Shown here: one piece after another, positions 39,001-50,770 of the stretch | Layout of the letters: each line of letters opens with the position of its first letter | Numbering within the stretch: position 1 is the stretch's first letter | Position numbers and translations under genes: made by a program | Notes under the pieces: model-generated | Database searches by the model: none | The model's input: the letters and a program-made list of their open reading frames with translations, nothing else | Told to the model about the DNA's origin: nothing | NCBI RefSeq assembly: GCF_000002075.1 | Contig: NW_004797296.1 | Location: 1,327,417-1,391,416 of the forward strand | Reading direction: 5' to 3' | Source: Aplysia californica | Taxonomy: Eukaryota | Length of the DNA: 64,000 bases

Positions 39001-42000
39001 AACGGGTTGGCCAATCCCCGGGACTTCTTGTCGCCGGTGGCTTGGTATGAGGATCGGGAAGTTAGAGAGTATACGGTCATCAGCAAGTACCATGGTCATT
39101 TGTTTTCTGCCACTCAGGTTAGAATGTGCAGCATTGTGGAGAATTTCCTTTGCCATCAATTATACTGTGTTAGCTAATAAATATTTCTCTATTGTTGAGG
39201 TTGCAAGAAAAATTTGTAACTCTAAAGTTGTTTGCTAGCATTGTAAAGGGGGGTTCAAAGGGATTTATTCTTCTTCCTTGTGGCAACAATGAGTCAGCAT
39301 GATTTAGAACTATACATTCCATTTTTTAAAAAGATTTGGAGACAGAAATAACTGAACTGACTGAAGTGTGGTATGTCACATGATTTCTGAAGTTCTCGCT
39401 AACAACATTTACAGTAATATGCAAGCTTACCCCAGTCCCATCTCTCTCACTTGTTTGGGCCTGGATGAACCTTATCTTGCAATCATTTTAATCAATATCA
39501 CATGTATATATATGAAATGAAGCAAAGTGTAAGACATCTGAAAAATGGATGTCACTAATTTACTGTGCACTATTTTTATTTGAAACCTGAGGTGTTTTTT
39601 AAATATTTTTTTAAGAGTATTATTTTCTCTGTAAAATCAGTTCAATAGAAATGATGTAAAATACGTTGAAAGTATGACAAGCTATTTAAAAAATCTTTGT
39701 ATTTAGCTGACAGGGGAAGGAAGAAATGTTACTTTTGAGAATTGCACCAACAAAATTGAGTATTTTGCCCATCAGGGTACATCTAGTGCTATTTATTGAG
39801 TGGATTTAGGTCTGTTAAATTTTGTATTTGGAAATAGGGAAGGGGATTTTACATGTTGGTTCTGATATCGATGGTGATGTTGGCCTACACATGCCAGTTA
39901 AGCAGGAGAAAGATGGTGCAGTTACAGAGAAGAAAAGAGAGTTGAAATAAATCTATTCCATGCTCCACAAAATCTCTGTTAAAGGCATTACAAGAATTAT
40001 CTTTAATTTTATTTTTATTTTGTTGTTGTTGTTAAGGTTTCTAAATAAACTTTATACTTATCCTGAGCATCACTCATATTTTTAGCAGGGTATACAGGAT
40101 GGTTTACTGTATTTGTAATGCAGTCTGATTGGTAATACTGTAATTCCTTAATATTTTTTTTACCCTCAGGGTCATTCTCCTTTTGATGTGGCAGCCTGGC
40201 ATGGCAACTATGCTCCGTACAAGTATGACCTCAGCAAGTTTATGGTCATCAACTGTGTTGCCTTTGATCATGCGGTAAGTTTTGGCACCAGTTTCCATGA
40301 CTGGAAATAGGACAAGACTTTTCTTTGTGTTTACAAGACTTTTATACCTGCAAATTCAATAAGACCTTTTGGACAACAGTCTACTTTGAAATATTCATTA
40401 TTTAGTTTTTTCATAATTATAAAGCACTTCTTTACTATAAAAACAGATCCACTCTTCACCTCATCAATAACTCAATTTCAAGATTTCCACTAGTCGTTTG
40501 ACAATGACGTTTTCAAAAAGAAAAGGATTTTTTGCTTTGAATTGAATGCCTCATTGAGTGGAGAAGAGGGTGAAAAAAAAAAAAATGGAAACATGACCCT
40601 TTCTGTGGAATACGCCGATGCACACCCCTGCTTTTCTTTACACAAAATGAGTATGTGTTGGCATAACGATGCTATAACTTACAAAATAGAGACTGTTAAG
40701 ATAAACAAATGAAATATCACTCTTATTGATCCTTGCTGCGAAGTTTGGCGTATCATTTTGCGAATACATTTACGGTTCCTTCAACTGTTAATTATACTCT
40801 TCAGAAGGTGATTTTTACTATGAACTTGTCCCCCAGGACCCCTCTATCTTCACGGTGCTGACGTGTCCTTCTTTGAAGCCCGGTGTGGCCACGGCGGACT
40901 TCGTCATCTTCCCACCAAGATGGTCTGTGCAGGAGAACACCTTCCGACCTCCCTACTATCACAGTGAGACTATTTCCTTGTTTTGTGGTGATTGGGGGGA
41001 GGGGGGTTGTGACTTCTCTGGTCTGGTCTTTTCGTTTGTCTTCTTTTTCAGGTTAACAATTATTGTTGGGGGGGGGGGGTGGTGCCAATGGTAGGTCCTA
41101 CATTTTCCCTTTCACTGAATCTTGTTCTGTGTGTCTGTCTTGGTTTTCCACAAAGTAACCATTGGATTAATCTATTTCTCTTTACTCAAGGAAGCAATTG
41201 TTGTTATTATTCTCACTCTTCAAGGCTGTGTGGCAGGTAATATATATAATAATATGTGTCATGCTGGCTCAGAGTCAGCAACTAGTTTGGGATGATATCT
41301 GCCCTTGTTGAAAATGTTTTTCTTTTCAGTGTATCTGAAGAATTTTGCAATGAAATAGGTGGATTTGGCCACTCTACAATGGACGAAATCAGAACTGTAT
41401 AAATGGAATTTATTTTTCATTTATTTTTTCTTTTGTCTTCAGGAAACTGTATGAGCGAGTTCATGGGTCTGATCTATGGAAATTATGAAGCCAAGGTCAG
41501 TTATTTTACTCATTTTAGTCATAAGGCTACGAAATTTAGTTTCTTACTTACATGCCAAGTCCAATGAAAGGGGTCGCATTTGCTGGGGTACATGGTGTAG
41601 GCAGTTTTCTGTTGATCGGAACGTAAAACATTAATCATGAGAGTTTATTCCATTCTTTGGATTTATGTCACATGCATGTTTATGACTAGGATGATAGAAC
41701 AGTAGGCAGGTTGTCGAAACTGCCCAGATGGCTTCGTATATAAGACCACCAACCATACAAAAGGCCACTTCGATTTCCTCCCTTGCACTATTTCCATATA
41801 ATAACCCAACTTGAGACAACAACAATCTGTCCAACATGGCTGTGGCCACGACAGTGTATCAACCAATGGCCCCAAAAACCTGCCCAGGATTTCCTTGTAA
41901 ATCTGTCATAATCATAACCCGACACATTGCCATGAATTATATTCGGCCCCTGACAGTGTGAACGAGCTGTCATAATCCATTCAGCTGTTGTTATTGTTGT

Positions 42001-43258
42001 TGTCCTACGAATTAACTAATCTCTGACCAGCACATTGTGAAGGTGAGGTTTCTGGTCCCTCCCACTGTTTACCCAAGTTGACCGATCAGTAACACTTTAA
42101 TGGGCCTACTTATGGCAGTCCTAAGCCTGCGACCGCCTCCTGTTTGGACCTTAGAGAATGGTTTGTTTTCTACATGTTGATCAGTTCTGCCAAGATGGCC
42201 GCTAGAAATTCTCCTAGACCATGGATGGCCATCTTACACAATTTTGACTGTAGTTACTAAAGCCAGATTTGTGTTTTCTGTCACCAGGAGGACGGCTTCA
42301 AGCCTGGGGGTGGCAGTCTGCACAGCATGATGACGCCACACGGGCCAGACTACGACTGCTTTGAAAAGGCTTCAAATGCTGAACTAGGACCTCAGAAAAT
42401 TGCTGAGGGAACTATGGTTTGTGTTTCATTTTTTTTATTGCCTATCAATAGTTTAGTGAAAGACGGGTGTCTTTTGTTTAGAAATGTTGCAATTGATTGC
42501 TGTACATCTGAATGAGTTGGGGTTTTGTGTATATATGGTTGGCAGTATGATTTGAAGACGCTCATGCACCTGCGTTTTCATGCTTATTGTTTTTATGTAT
42601 TTCATTTTTAAGTAAGTGAATAGACTTACTTTATGTTTATGTTATTGTGTAAACAAAAAGTTTTTTAATGTTGTCAAATATATGGTTGGACGTCAAATGA
42701 GATTTATTTGATGTATGGCGATGAATATGAATAAGGTGACAAGGTTTTTATACAATCCTATCTTGTTTTGATTGACTTATAACAGTATAGACCCACTGTT
42801 TTAAAGCAATATATTTATCTATAAAAATGTGTTATGATTTGAATTAGTGATTCTACCAGTGTCTGTGGTGTAATTGTTGGATTCTTTGCTTGTGCACGCA
42901 GAAAATTTTTCAGTCTGTGGGCGGGGAAGTTTTTAAAAATAAAAAACTTGTTTGTTGCTGCAACTTCCCAGTTCCTCCATTGCATTTTTTACAATATGAT
43001 GACATTTTGTAAGACCTCCACCTGTCAAAGACAACCACTTTTCTCCTCAACCATACACATGACACACATACACACACAGTGGGTGGTTGGTGGGTGCTCT
43101 GGTATAGTTTGCCCCTTCTTTCCTATCAAACATCAATCATCCTTATCTCCCCCTTCTTCTTTTTTTATGTTTGTTACTCTCTTGTAACACCTCTAATCTT
43201 CTGGTGGTTCTATGACCTTGTGCAGTTGCAAGCACCGTACAACCTCTACTAATTGCAA

Positions 43259-43289
<31 letters not shown>

Positions 43290-43339
43290 CAAGCATGCGT
43301 GCATGAACTCACACTCAGACACACACGCACACACACACA

Positions 43340-43376
<37 letters not shown>

Positions 43377-44716
43377 TCCTTCCGTTATTTAATATTGTTT
43401 TTCTTTCATCTGCATCCCTCAGGCCTTTATGTTTGAGTCATCATTCAGCATGGCAGTCACCGAGTGGGCCAACAACACCAAGGTGGACAGCAACTACTTC
43501 CAGTGCTGGCAGCCTCTCAAGAAGCATTTCAACCCCAAGGGTAAGAGTCTGGGGTTCTTTCTTTTCGTTTTTTCTTTTCGTTTTTTTCTTTTTTTTTTTT
43601 TGTAGCCCTAACATTTTCAATGCTATCTATGTATGTTTGGCTTTATTTCATTTCACGAGCAGATTGCAAATGTCTAAAAGTAAAGTAAAATTATAACTTG
43701 CCACTTTTGATTTCCCTGTTTCTAAAGTTAGTTTACACTAGCATACATAAACAACATATGTTTATCGACATAACACCATATCACACCCATACGCATAGTC
43801 TTGCAAACAATTTAATGCTGGTCACCACAACAAAGCCCTGTTTGTTTAGTTAGTATTATTGTGTCTTCCTCTAGGATACACCCCAGTGATCATCTACCTG
43901 AATTTCATGTTTTCAACTTATATCTTTAGCCAGTGGTTGGCAAGTGCTCTGGTGGGGTTTTCTCCTTCTTTCCCGTCAAACACCCGTCATCCTGATCTCT
44001 CTTCCTTCTTATTTGTATTTGTTACTCTTTTGTAACACCTCTTATCTGTGGCATTTATACTGTCGACTCCTCTTGTGTTGATCTTTTTCTCAGGTCTCAG
44101 CACCTCTTCTTCTTATACTTATAAGTCCCAATGAATTAGTTGAACTTCGGATGAGTTGATCTTTTTTTCACTTACCCGCTGACATGAACTTCTCCGCCGT
44201 CAACTGTATGACCCTGTTGTGTTGTGAGTGCTGTAAAACTTTTAATAAAACTAATATACATCTTCCTGTTCAGGTTTTTCTTTCATGGACCTATGGTTTG
44301 TTAGATTCTTTGTGCTCATGGACCTGCATTTTCATGCTTATTGGGGCTCCAGTGGCCAATTGAGTAGTCAGTTTTGACTCAAGCAATGTCAAGCAAGTGT
44401 CGGTGACACGGGGATCAGATGGGTGGTCACTGGAGTGTGTCCTTGAGCAAGACACGACAACCCTAGCTCAAATTACAGGGCGCTGCACAGTGGCGTCCGA
44501 CAGTGGCATTGTTTGTAAACTGTTCTGTATTTGTGTAATAGTGTGTATTTATGTATGTATGTATTTATGTATGTATGTATTTATGTATGTATGTTTGCCA
44601 TTGTAAAACAAAGTGCCCTTCTGAGACAAATAAAAGTGTAATTTATTATTATTTATTTGACTTTCTTTTTTTATTCCTCAGATAGCGCCAAGGATGACAA
44701 GGAAAAGAAGAAGTAA
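27078..44716 (+). CDS. HGD: Homogentisate 1,2-dioxygenase, complete, 16 exons, 443 aa
   Basis: Exons 27078-27095, 31504-31575, 32310-32398, 32776-32881, 33905-33955, 34809-34900, 35400-35434, 35714-35793, 36417-36516, 38996-39117, 40170-40274, 40837-40963, 41443-41495, 42288-42416, 43423-43540, 44682-44716 sum to 1332 nt in frame. Motifs include [53 protein letters not shown] and TPHGPD, which carry the His/Glu/His iron ligands. Confidence 0.97.
31504..31575 (+). CDS. HGD: HGD exon 2
   Basis: [24 protein letters not shown]. Confidence 0.95.
32310..32398 (+). CDS. HGD: HGD exon 3
   Basis: [21 protein letters not shown]... Confidence 0.95.
32776..32881 (+). CDS. HGD: HGD exon 4
   Basis: [14 protein letters not shown]...PNPNQ. 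Confidence 0.95.
33477..33755. repeat. Two-copy ~140-bp tandem duplication in HGD intron 4
   Basis: AAGGATCCAA.TTGTGTA...GAGAAAATG...AGAGCCAGTT...CCTTTCTC.TAGTC occurs twice. Confidence 0.75.
33905..33955 (+). CDS. HGD: HGD exon 5
   Basis: [17 protein letters not shown]. Confidence 0.93.
34809..34900 (+). CDS. HGD: HGD exon 6
   Basis: [20 protein letters not shown]... Confidence 0.95.
35400..35434 (+). CDS. HGD: HGD exon 7
   Basis: [11 protein letters not shown]. Confidence 0.95.
35714..35793 (+). CDS. HGD: HGD exon 8
   Basis: [26 protein letters not shown]. Confidence 0.95.
36417..36516 (+). CDS. HGD: HGD exon 9
   Basis: RGIRFSIDV...LPSLGPI. Confidence 0.95.
37238..38754. mobile_element. 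Non-autonomous hAT-type DNA transposon in HGD intron 9
   Basis: Ends CAGAGCTG...CAGCTCTG, perfect 8-bp target duplication CCAATACA (37230-37237 and 38755-38762), many subterminal GTACT/AGTAC repeats, no ORF. Confidence 0.9.
38996..39117 (+). CDS. HGD: HGD exon 10
   Basis: [20 protein letters not shown]... Confidence 0.95.
40170..40274 (+). CDS. HGD: HGD exon 11
   Basis: [21 protein letters not shown]...FDHA. Confidence 0.95.
40837..40963 (+). CDS. HGD: HGD exon 12
   Basis: DPSIFTVLT...DFVIFPPRW...FRPPYYH. Confidence 0.96.
41443..41495 (+). CDS. HGD: HGD exon 13
   Basis: [17 protein letters not shown]. Confidence 0.95.
42288..42416 (+). CDS. HGD: HGD exon 14
   Basis: [21 protein letters not shown]...GTM. 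Confidence 0.95.
43258..43372. repeat. (CA)n microsatellite
   Basis: Visible directly. Confidence 0.9.
43423..43540 (+). CDS. HGD: HGD exon 15
   Basis: AFMFESS...[12 protein letters not shown]. Confidence 0.95.
44343..44512 (+). mobile_element. SINE-like element, possibly with a 5S-like segment (partial copy at ~36942-37010)
   Basis: CTCCAGTGGCCAA head, AATGTCAAGCAA...GATGGGTGGTCAC, then TGTGTCCTTGAGCAAGACAC (CORE-like). Confidence 0.45.
44682..44716 (+). CDS. HGD: HGD terminal exon ([11 protein letters not shown])
   Basis: Strong pyrimidine tract plus cag, correct phase 1, TAA stop. Confidence 0.75.
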
Positions 44717-47540
44717 ATGTTTTCCCCTGGCAAGCTGCAGACAGCAAACAGCCTTGTCTCAAGCCTCTTCTCAATGTTTGTGAAAGATTTTCTTTTGTTT
44801 ATTTTTTTCCCATGTTGGAGAACGTTCTTGAGGACATATTTTTTTCTTGTCTTTTTTCCTAATGACTTACCTGCTTAAGACTTTTGTGTGCTGTATGGAA
44901 ATCCTCTAGATAATTCCTTCTTATTGCCATGCTTAGTGTTGTTTTTAAGTATTTACACCAGAATGTTCGGTCAATAATCCAGGAGATGAGATTCCATATC
45001 ATGGCCGTCACAAGAAAAATGATTAACTTTAATGGTTCCTACTCTCTCTTTCAAGCTGATTATTAACAAAGTTACACATTTTTCTTGCAACTGCATCGAT
45101 ATATGGTTTACATTGTGTTTAGGTTTTTATGTCCACAAAAGCTTCATGGGGCAGCTATTTTCTCATGAATATTTATGTTATACATCATCCCATATTTCTG
45201 TTAAACATTCGCCTATCACTTATGTTGCAATTCTCACTGTGAAGCAACAAAGCATAACTCAGGTTGATGTCAACTCTTGCGTGTCTCTGTGAATGGAATT
45301 TCCTTTTTGGGGGATGCAGCTCTGTTAATCTTGTGGTTATAGAACTGATTTTTGTTGTTGTTAAAACGAAGTTTTTGTGATTATTTACTGACTGTACTGT
45401 AACTTTCTTTTTTGTGTTACCTGGATTGTAGAAATATTTGTCCATGTGTATTGTGCTAGTCACGAAAAGTGTGTCAATTTTAATTTTTCTGATTTCAATT
45501 TTTTTACTTATTACCACACAGCTTTAACTAAAAACAATGGGAAAAAGTCCAAAAAGTTTTTCTTCTTAAAGTTAGACAGTTTCTTTAATATATGAACAAG
45601 AGAAGTGCCTTATCAGAAAATTATTATACTAATATCCTTGCAGTATGTGGACAATGATATTGCTGTTAATCTCAAATTGTTTGTTATGTCTTCCATTATG
45701 TGAGTGCCGCCTTTTTTGGGGTTTTAAATGACATCCTTAAGGTATAGGCACACTTGCAGATTTTAAAATTTAATATTGTTTTCTGATTTTACTATGAGTG
45801 GGAAATTGTCTTACTTTTTAGATTTGTGTTGACTTTGACTTGTGTCCTTCATTAATTCTGGCCTCCCTTATTCAAGAGCACAGAAAATTTTGTCTCATTT
45901 TTTTTATAGTGGGATTCATATATATACATATGCATTATATTTGCACTATTGTTTTAGTCAGTGAATGCTCCTATAGATTTAAAAGATTTTCAAGAAAGAT
46001 GATTGAAGCACTGAATATATTCTGAATCTCATATACCCAGCAGATCTGATTTTTAAAGGAATTTATACATCAACCTTGTATTCCTAAACAGTGAGTAAAT
46101 TCTGTGTTTCTTATCGCAAAAAAAGAAGTTCTCATTGCCGTCAGGAGATTTTTCTAAAAGCTACTTTAGAACCTTTCAATCTTATGAAGAAGAGTAGTAA
46201 CGGTCAATTTTAAACCATGAGAAAGTACAAACTGGGGAATCTGTGGTTGAGCAGATGTGTGCATTGACCTGTTCACTTCGCAATTGTTTCCTTTTTTTAT
46301 GAGTATAATGTGCTTGGTGTGAGCGACTTTTATTTCTTGCAAATTGAGGTCAGTTAATATTTTACTCTTGCCCTATCTATTGAGGAATTTGATGATTCAT
46401 ACGTACTGCTTCAAAGGAAACCTTGTTTTAAGTCACTTTTGACAGTGTACTATATCAGTCACTGAGTTTTATTGTGCTTCCCAGTCATGGATTCCTATAT
46501 ATATGTGTACTGCCATTTAAATTGAAAACCTAGTAATTTACGGTACGGAATCATGTTTTGTCTGAAATTGAAAAAAAACAACATATTTTTAAAAGCAATA
46601 TCTTCTGATGAAATTGTTCTATCTCAATAAATTTTTTGCATATTTGTCGACAAGACAAAAAGATTGCGTATCACTCACACACATGCTGACATGCCATTGA
46701 CTTTTACCATTATAACATGGAAAAGCAGTTTCCAATTTCCGTCTATCTTGTGATCTACATATTAAAAAAAAGCTTCTTGTGAACTGCAAAGGGTGGGATC
46801 AGTTCAAATATCAACTAAGCTTATATTAAAGATTTTCCAAAGTATATTTGTATTATGTATGTATTTGTAAAATATATTGGTGGTGTTATCCTCTAAACAT
46901 GTTAGTACAAGAAAAAATGTGTCAACTGAAAAAAAAAAAATCTAAAACCTTTGTAGTATTGAGGTCAGTCTGCAGTAGTCATAAAAATCAGGCCTGTGCA
47001 TGCACTATAAATTGTATAAGGCTGCTGTGAGCAAACATGTGTGTCTCCTCTCATCATTTAAATCTGACTGAAGGATGTTTTTTTTTTTTTTTTGCCTGTT
47101 GAAAAGTTTTCAAGGAACTAGTTAATTGGTTAGAGTAAAACACCACTGGTATCTAGTATGGTTTTTTTGTGCCATGACCTAAAAAAGCAATATAAAATAG
47201 CTGAAACCTCTCTGCCATATATAGCGCTGAAAGGGGAAAAGTTTTATCTTTGATCTTGAGATTAAAGCTCACGAGTCTCAGTTACCATTGAGAACCGTAG
47301 TGTGTGTGTGGACCAGATGAACTCATTTTTTAAAAATTGATGGAGTATAATAAGAATAAATAAAATTTCTGACCTGGTCAATATCTAAAAAGAGTCCACT
47401 GGCCAGAGTCTATCATGATGTAAAGTTTAGGTTCTTTATCATTGCATCTTGAAGGCATAAGTTGGATGTTTCCTTGGAGAAGTTATGTCATTGAATTTGT
47501 CAGCCTATCTGCTGAGTGAGATGCTGTTTCCGTCTCTACA

Positions 47541-47745
47541 GGACCAGCATCTGTTGTGTAGTGGTTAAGCGCTCTTTTGGCGTGTGCATGAGACCCAAGG
47601 CAGACTCCTGTGTGGGGAAGATTTTTACCAAGTATTTCAGTCTTTCTCCCGGTACGTTATATCGCTCACTCTCAGTTCAGCCTGGGTTGGCCCTGACAGG
47701 CAGGGCCTTCTCCTAAATGATCTAAGTTTTGTGTTGGCGTTATAG
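47541..47745 (+). mobile_element. tRNA-derived SINE (same family as 8668)
   Basis: TGTAGTGGTTAAGC head and shared CAGCC.GGGTTG...CCTAAATGATCTAA body. Confidence 0.6.
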
Positions 47746-47969
47746 CTTTGTAAAATTACCAACTTAAAAATAATTTTTTTAAACAGGATCAGTCTAAATG
47801 ATCTTAATTATGTTGATGGGGCGGTAAAACATTTACAGTCACACTGGACTCTGAGGTCTCCAGTGTTGCTTTCTAGGTCGTCCTTCATTCTGAAAATGGG
47901 GAAATTTTTACTGGACTTTCTTTTCTGAAATGGTTACATACCCAAAGGTTATGAATCTCAACCCTACAG

Positions 47970-48183
47970 TAAATAAGTGTATGGATTTAACGCCCTATCA
48001 ACACTAATAGTAATAGGTCATTTCATAGGCTGAACCTCCCAATTTAATGTCCGTCTCCGAGTCAAATGGGTTGAGAGCCTTGGAAACTCCATAATTAGAC
48101 CCGCGTTTATGAATGCTAGTCTGGATCGAACCGGGGTCATCCGCTCTTTAGTCTAGCAAGATACCAACTGAGCTAAAGGAGTG
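47970..48183 (-). mobile_element. tRNA-derived SINE with intact Pol III boxes
   Basis: TAGCTCAGTTGG (A box) and GGTTCGATCC (B box), with a tail GTTGATAGGGCGTTAAA shared with ~50740. No clean cloverleaf. Confidence 0.65.
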
Positions 48184-49944
48184 CCCTCTCAACTCTTTTA
48201 ACATAGTTAATAATAATGCTTTTCTAGAGACAAAAGATTGACTGTATTTTTCAGCTATGATATCTTGCTTTTCTAAGGAACCCTTGAAACTGTTACATTA
48301 TTATATTATTATCTTGTGATTCTTAGACTGGACAACCATGGTCATTACATTTGATGCCATACTTTCTTGATGAGGGTTCATAGAAGTGAATGTTCCTTGT
48401 TACATTATAATGCATGTTATGTTGAGGAATACATTCCAAAAACTAAACAAAACTGAAGTGTTGAAAAAGAGTCATAATTTGGCTTGCACTAACTTTGAAA
48501 TGGATTTACCTCTTGTGATAGGGCTTTCATGGTATGATATGTATCAAAGGCTTTGTCAAGAGAAGCATATATTTACAATAATATGTTCAAATATATACTA
48601 TATTATTCAGCTGAATAAAAATCTTTACAGAAGTTGATCTTGTTTTGTTTTTAGTCCTTAACTTAACCGTGGGTGGATCTCATTGCAGACCAGGCAAAAA
48701 TTCAGGGCCTTGGCGAGGTATTTCCACTTAACCAGTGTCTCACAGTCTCACTCTGTCTTGTGATCTTAAAAGTAGTGAGGAATTTCTTCATTTTTTCTTT
48801 GCGCCCAAGTTTGAATTTAGTGTACCTTTAATTACCGCCGAAACTAAGACAGCCACCCATTGTTGAGGAGAAAAGTGGTTATTTTGAACAGGTGTCAATC
48901 TTACTCGGTGTCATTACATGTATTATGTAAAAAAAAATGCTAAGGAGGACACGGGCGGGAAATGGATGTTTCTACATGTGACTGTCTTACATGTGTATAC
49001 AAGTGGCCGCTGGAGCAGGTTCAACTGTATACTTTGTTCATTCAGCCAAGAACAAGAATTGACAAATTCATTTTATAGTTAAGTTGTTTCATTACAACTC
49101 TGGTTGTCATATATTGAAGTTCTTATTAACCCTAGCTCAGTCAAATTACAGCTTGGACATTTTCGTACATCTGCATAAACAAATTCTTGCTCGTTTATGA
49201 ATTTAGCTGAGCTCACAAAACGTTGGCACTGCTGCAGGTCAGAGACTAAACAAAAACTTCTTCTTTAAAAAATCTTGATCCAGTAATAAAAAAGTTTTAC
49301 TCTTTGGGCCCTGTTTTGGATGTATACACAGGATCATTAATATAAATAATTTACAGTAACCTTGCCTACAAATAGCTCAATTTCAGAAAGCGACACCCCC
49401 CTGGCCCCGCATTTCAAAGTAAACTAGTAGATTTCTTCCCCCCACTGTCAAGACGTCAACATGTGAGTCTTGAAAATTACTCACCGTATTTCTAAGGTGA
49501 GCTTTAAGTGTTGTGTTGAGGAAAATAAGTCAACTTTTTTGTTTCAGGTGTATGCTGCACGTTACACCCCCTATTATTTTTTAACCAGCCTTAGGATAAC
49601 ATGAAAGAAAATGTGTCGGAACCTTAGTTTGCAGTGATGTTTATCAATGGGCTTTTAGATTCTGTTGGTCATCCAACTTCTAGACCTGCATGTAAAGATC
49701 TGAAAAGACTAAACAAAGCAATTTCAGTTTACCTAGTTTGAACCGACCGCGGTCAGACGAAAGTGAACAAGATATAAATACCCTCAGGTTTGCCGCTAGA
49801 CTGACAGGGCCAATCTGGATGCCCTCATGAAATTCCCTGTTTTTGTTTCACTTTTTGCAAGAAACTTTTCTGAAATTAATGTGAAACTAACACACACACA
49901 AGTTTGCATGTTTCCAGTGACTGAACTTTTATAGGCATCGAGAA

Positions 49945-50385
49945 GAAATCAGGCGCTCGTCAAAATAATGAAATCAAAGAAATCAGCATTTTTTTTGGCC
50001 GATGACCAATTTTTAAAAAATTTTCTTTTTTCCGGCTCAACACCTTTTATGTCCACTTAAAAACACACTTTGTGTGGATTTTACTGAAAAATGTTGATTA
50101 AAGGCACAAAAAAAGTAAAATTTTCAGTTTCCAAGGACTCACAGACTATGAAGAAAGTTACCAAACTTTGGCGGCCATTTTCTCACTAATTTTACCTCTG
50201 AAACCAGGAGACCTGGACCTCCTTCAAATGCAAATATTTTTACTTCTATTCAACATATTATTTTGTGAATATTTTTTTCACCAAAAGGAAGGCAAATGAA
50301 CAGGCTTTAAGATACCAAAACTTATATAACCCTATATGCCCAAAAATTGACAAGCTCCCGATTCCACCACGCCGTGACATATGTT
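49945..50385. mobile_element. Non-autonomous DNA element (copy 2 of the 4962-5324 family)
   Basis: Shares AAATCAGGCGCTCGTCAAAATAATGAAAT, TTTACTGAAAAATGTTGAT and GATTCCACCACG.CGTGACA blocks. Confidence 0.75.
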
Positions 50386-50400
50386 TCATTATGTACCCTT

Positions 50401-50770
50401 AGGTGGCGTCGGCAGCCTAGTGGTCAGGCTACCAGACCTGTAATTGTGAGATTGTGGATTCGAGGTTTTGAGTCTCAGCGTGGTCCAACGTGTCTTGATA
50501 AAGGCATCATCATTGCCTTTCTCACCCTGCATGAGGGTATAGGCCACGGACAAAAACCTTCCACCTTTCTCTATTCTGGGCAAGCCTCTTGATGTTATTC
50601 CATGTTTTCCCACTTTTCTGTACATCGATTTCTGTGATTCTTGGTAAAGGCACTTTACACAAATTTCCTACATTGCTCTATCCTTTCCGAAACACATGTT
50701 AAACTTGGAGGTCCCACCTTTGAGATATACCTAATAGCGTTGATAGGGGCATTAAACCTATACCATTTCA
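50401..50770 (+). mobile_element. SINE of the 13635 family interrupted by a nested repeat
   Basis: Same GTGGCGTC...CCTAGTGGT head and TTGGTAAAGGCACTTTAC core. The insert at ~50503-50625 resembles 18590-18700 on the opposite strand. Confidence 0.55.

Noticed and set aside
41631-41973. Cluster of short antisense ORFs in HGD intron 13
   Set aside because: Short, no motifs, no coherent splice structure.
43875-44125. Alternative HGD terminal exon after ctag at ~43874
   Set aside because: The frame runs through an interspersed repeat and gives an implausible peptide; the 44682 acceptor is much stronger.
48100-48183. Possible tRNA gene (A and B boxes present)
   Set aside because: No proper acceptor or anticodon stems, and it continues into a SINE body and tail.
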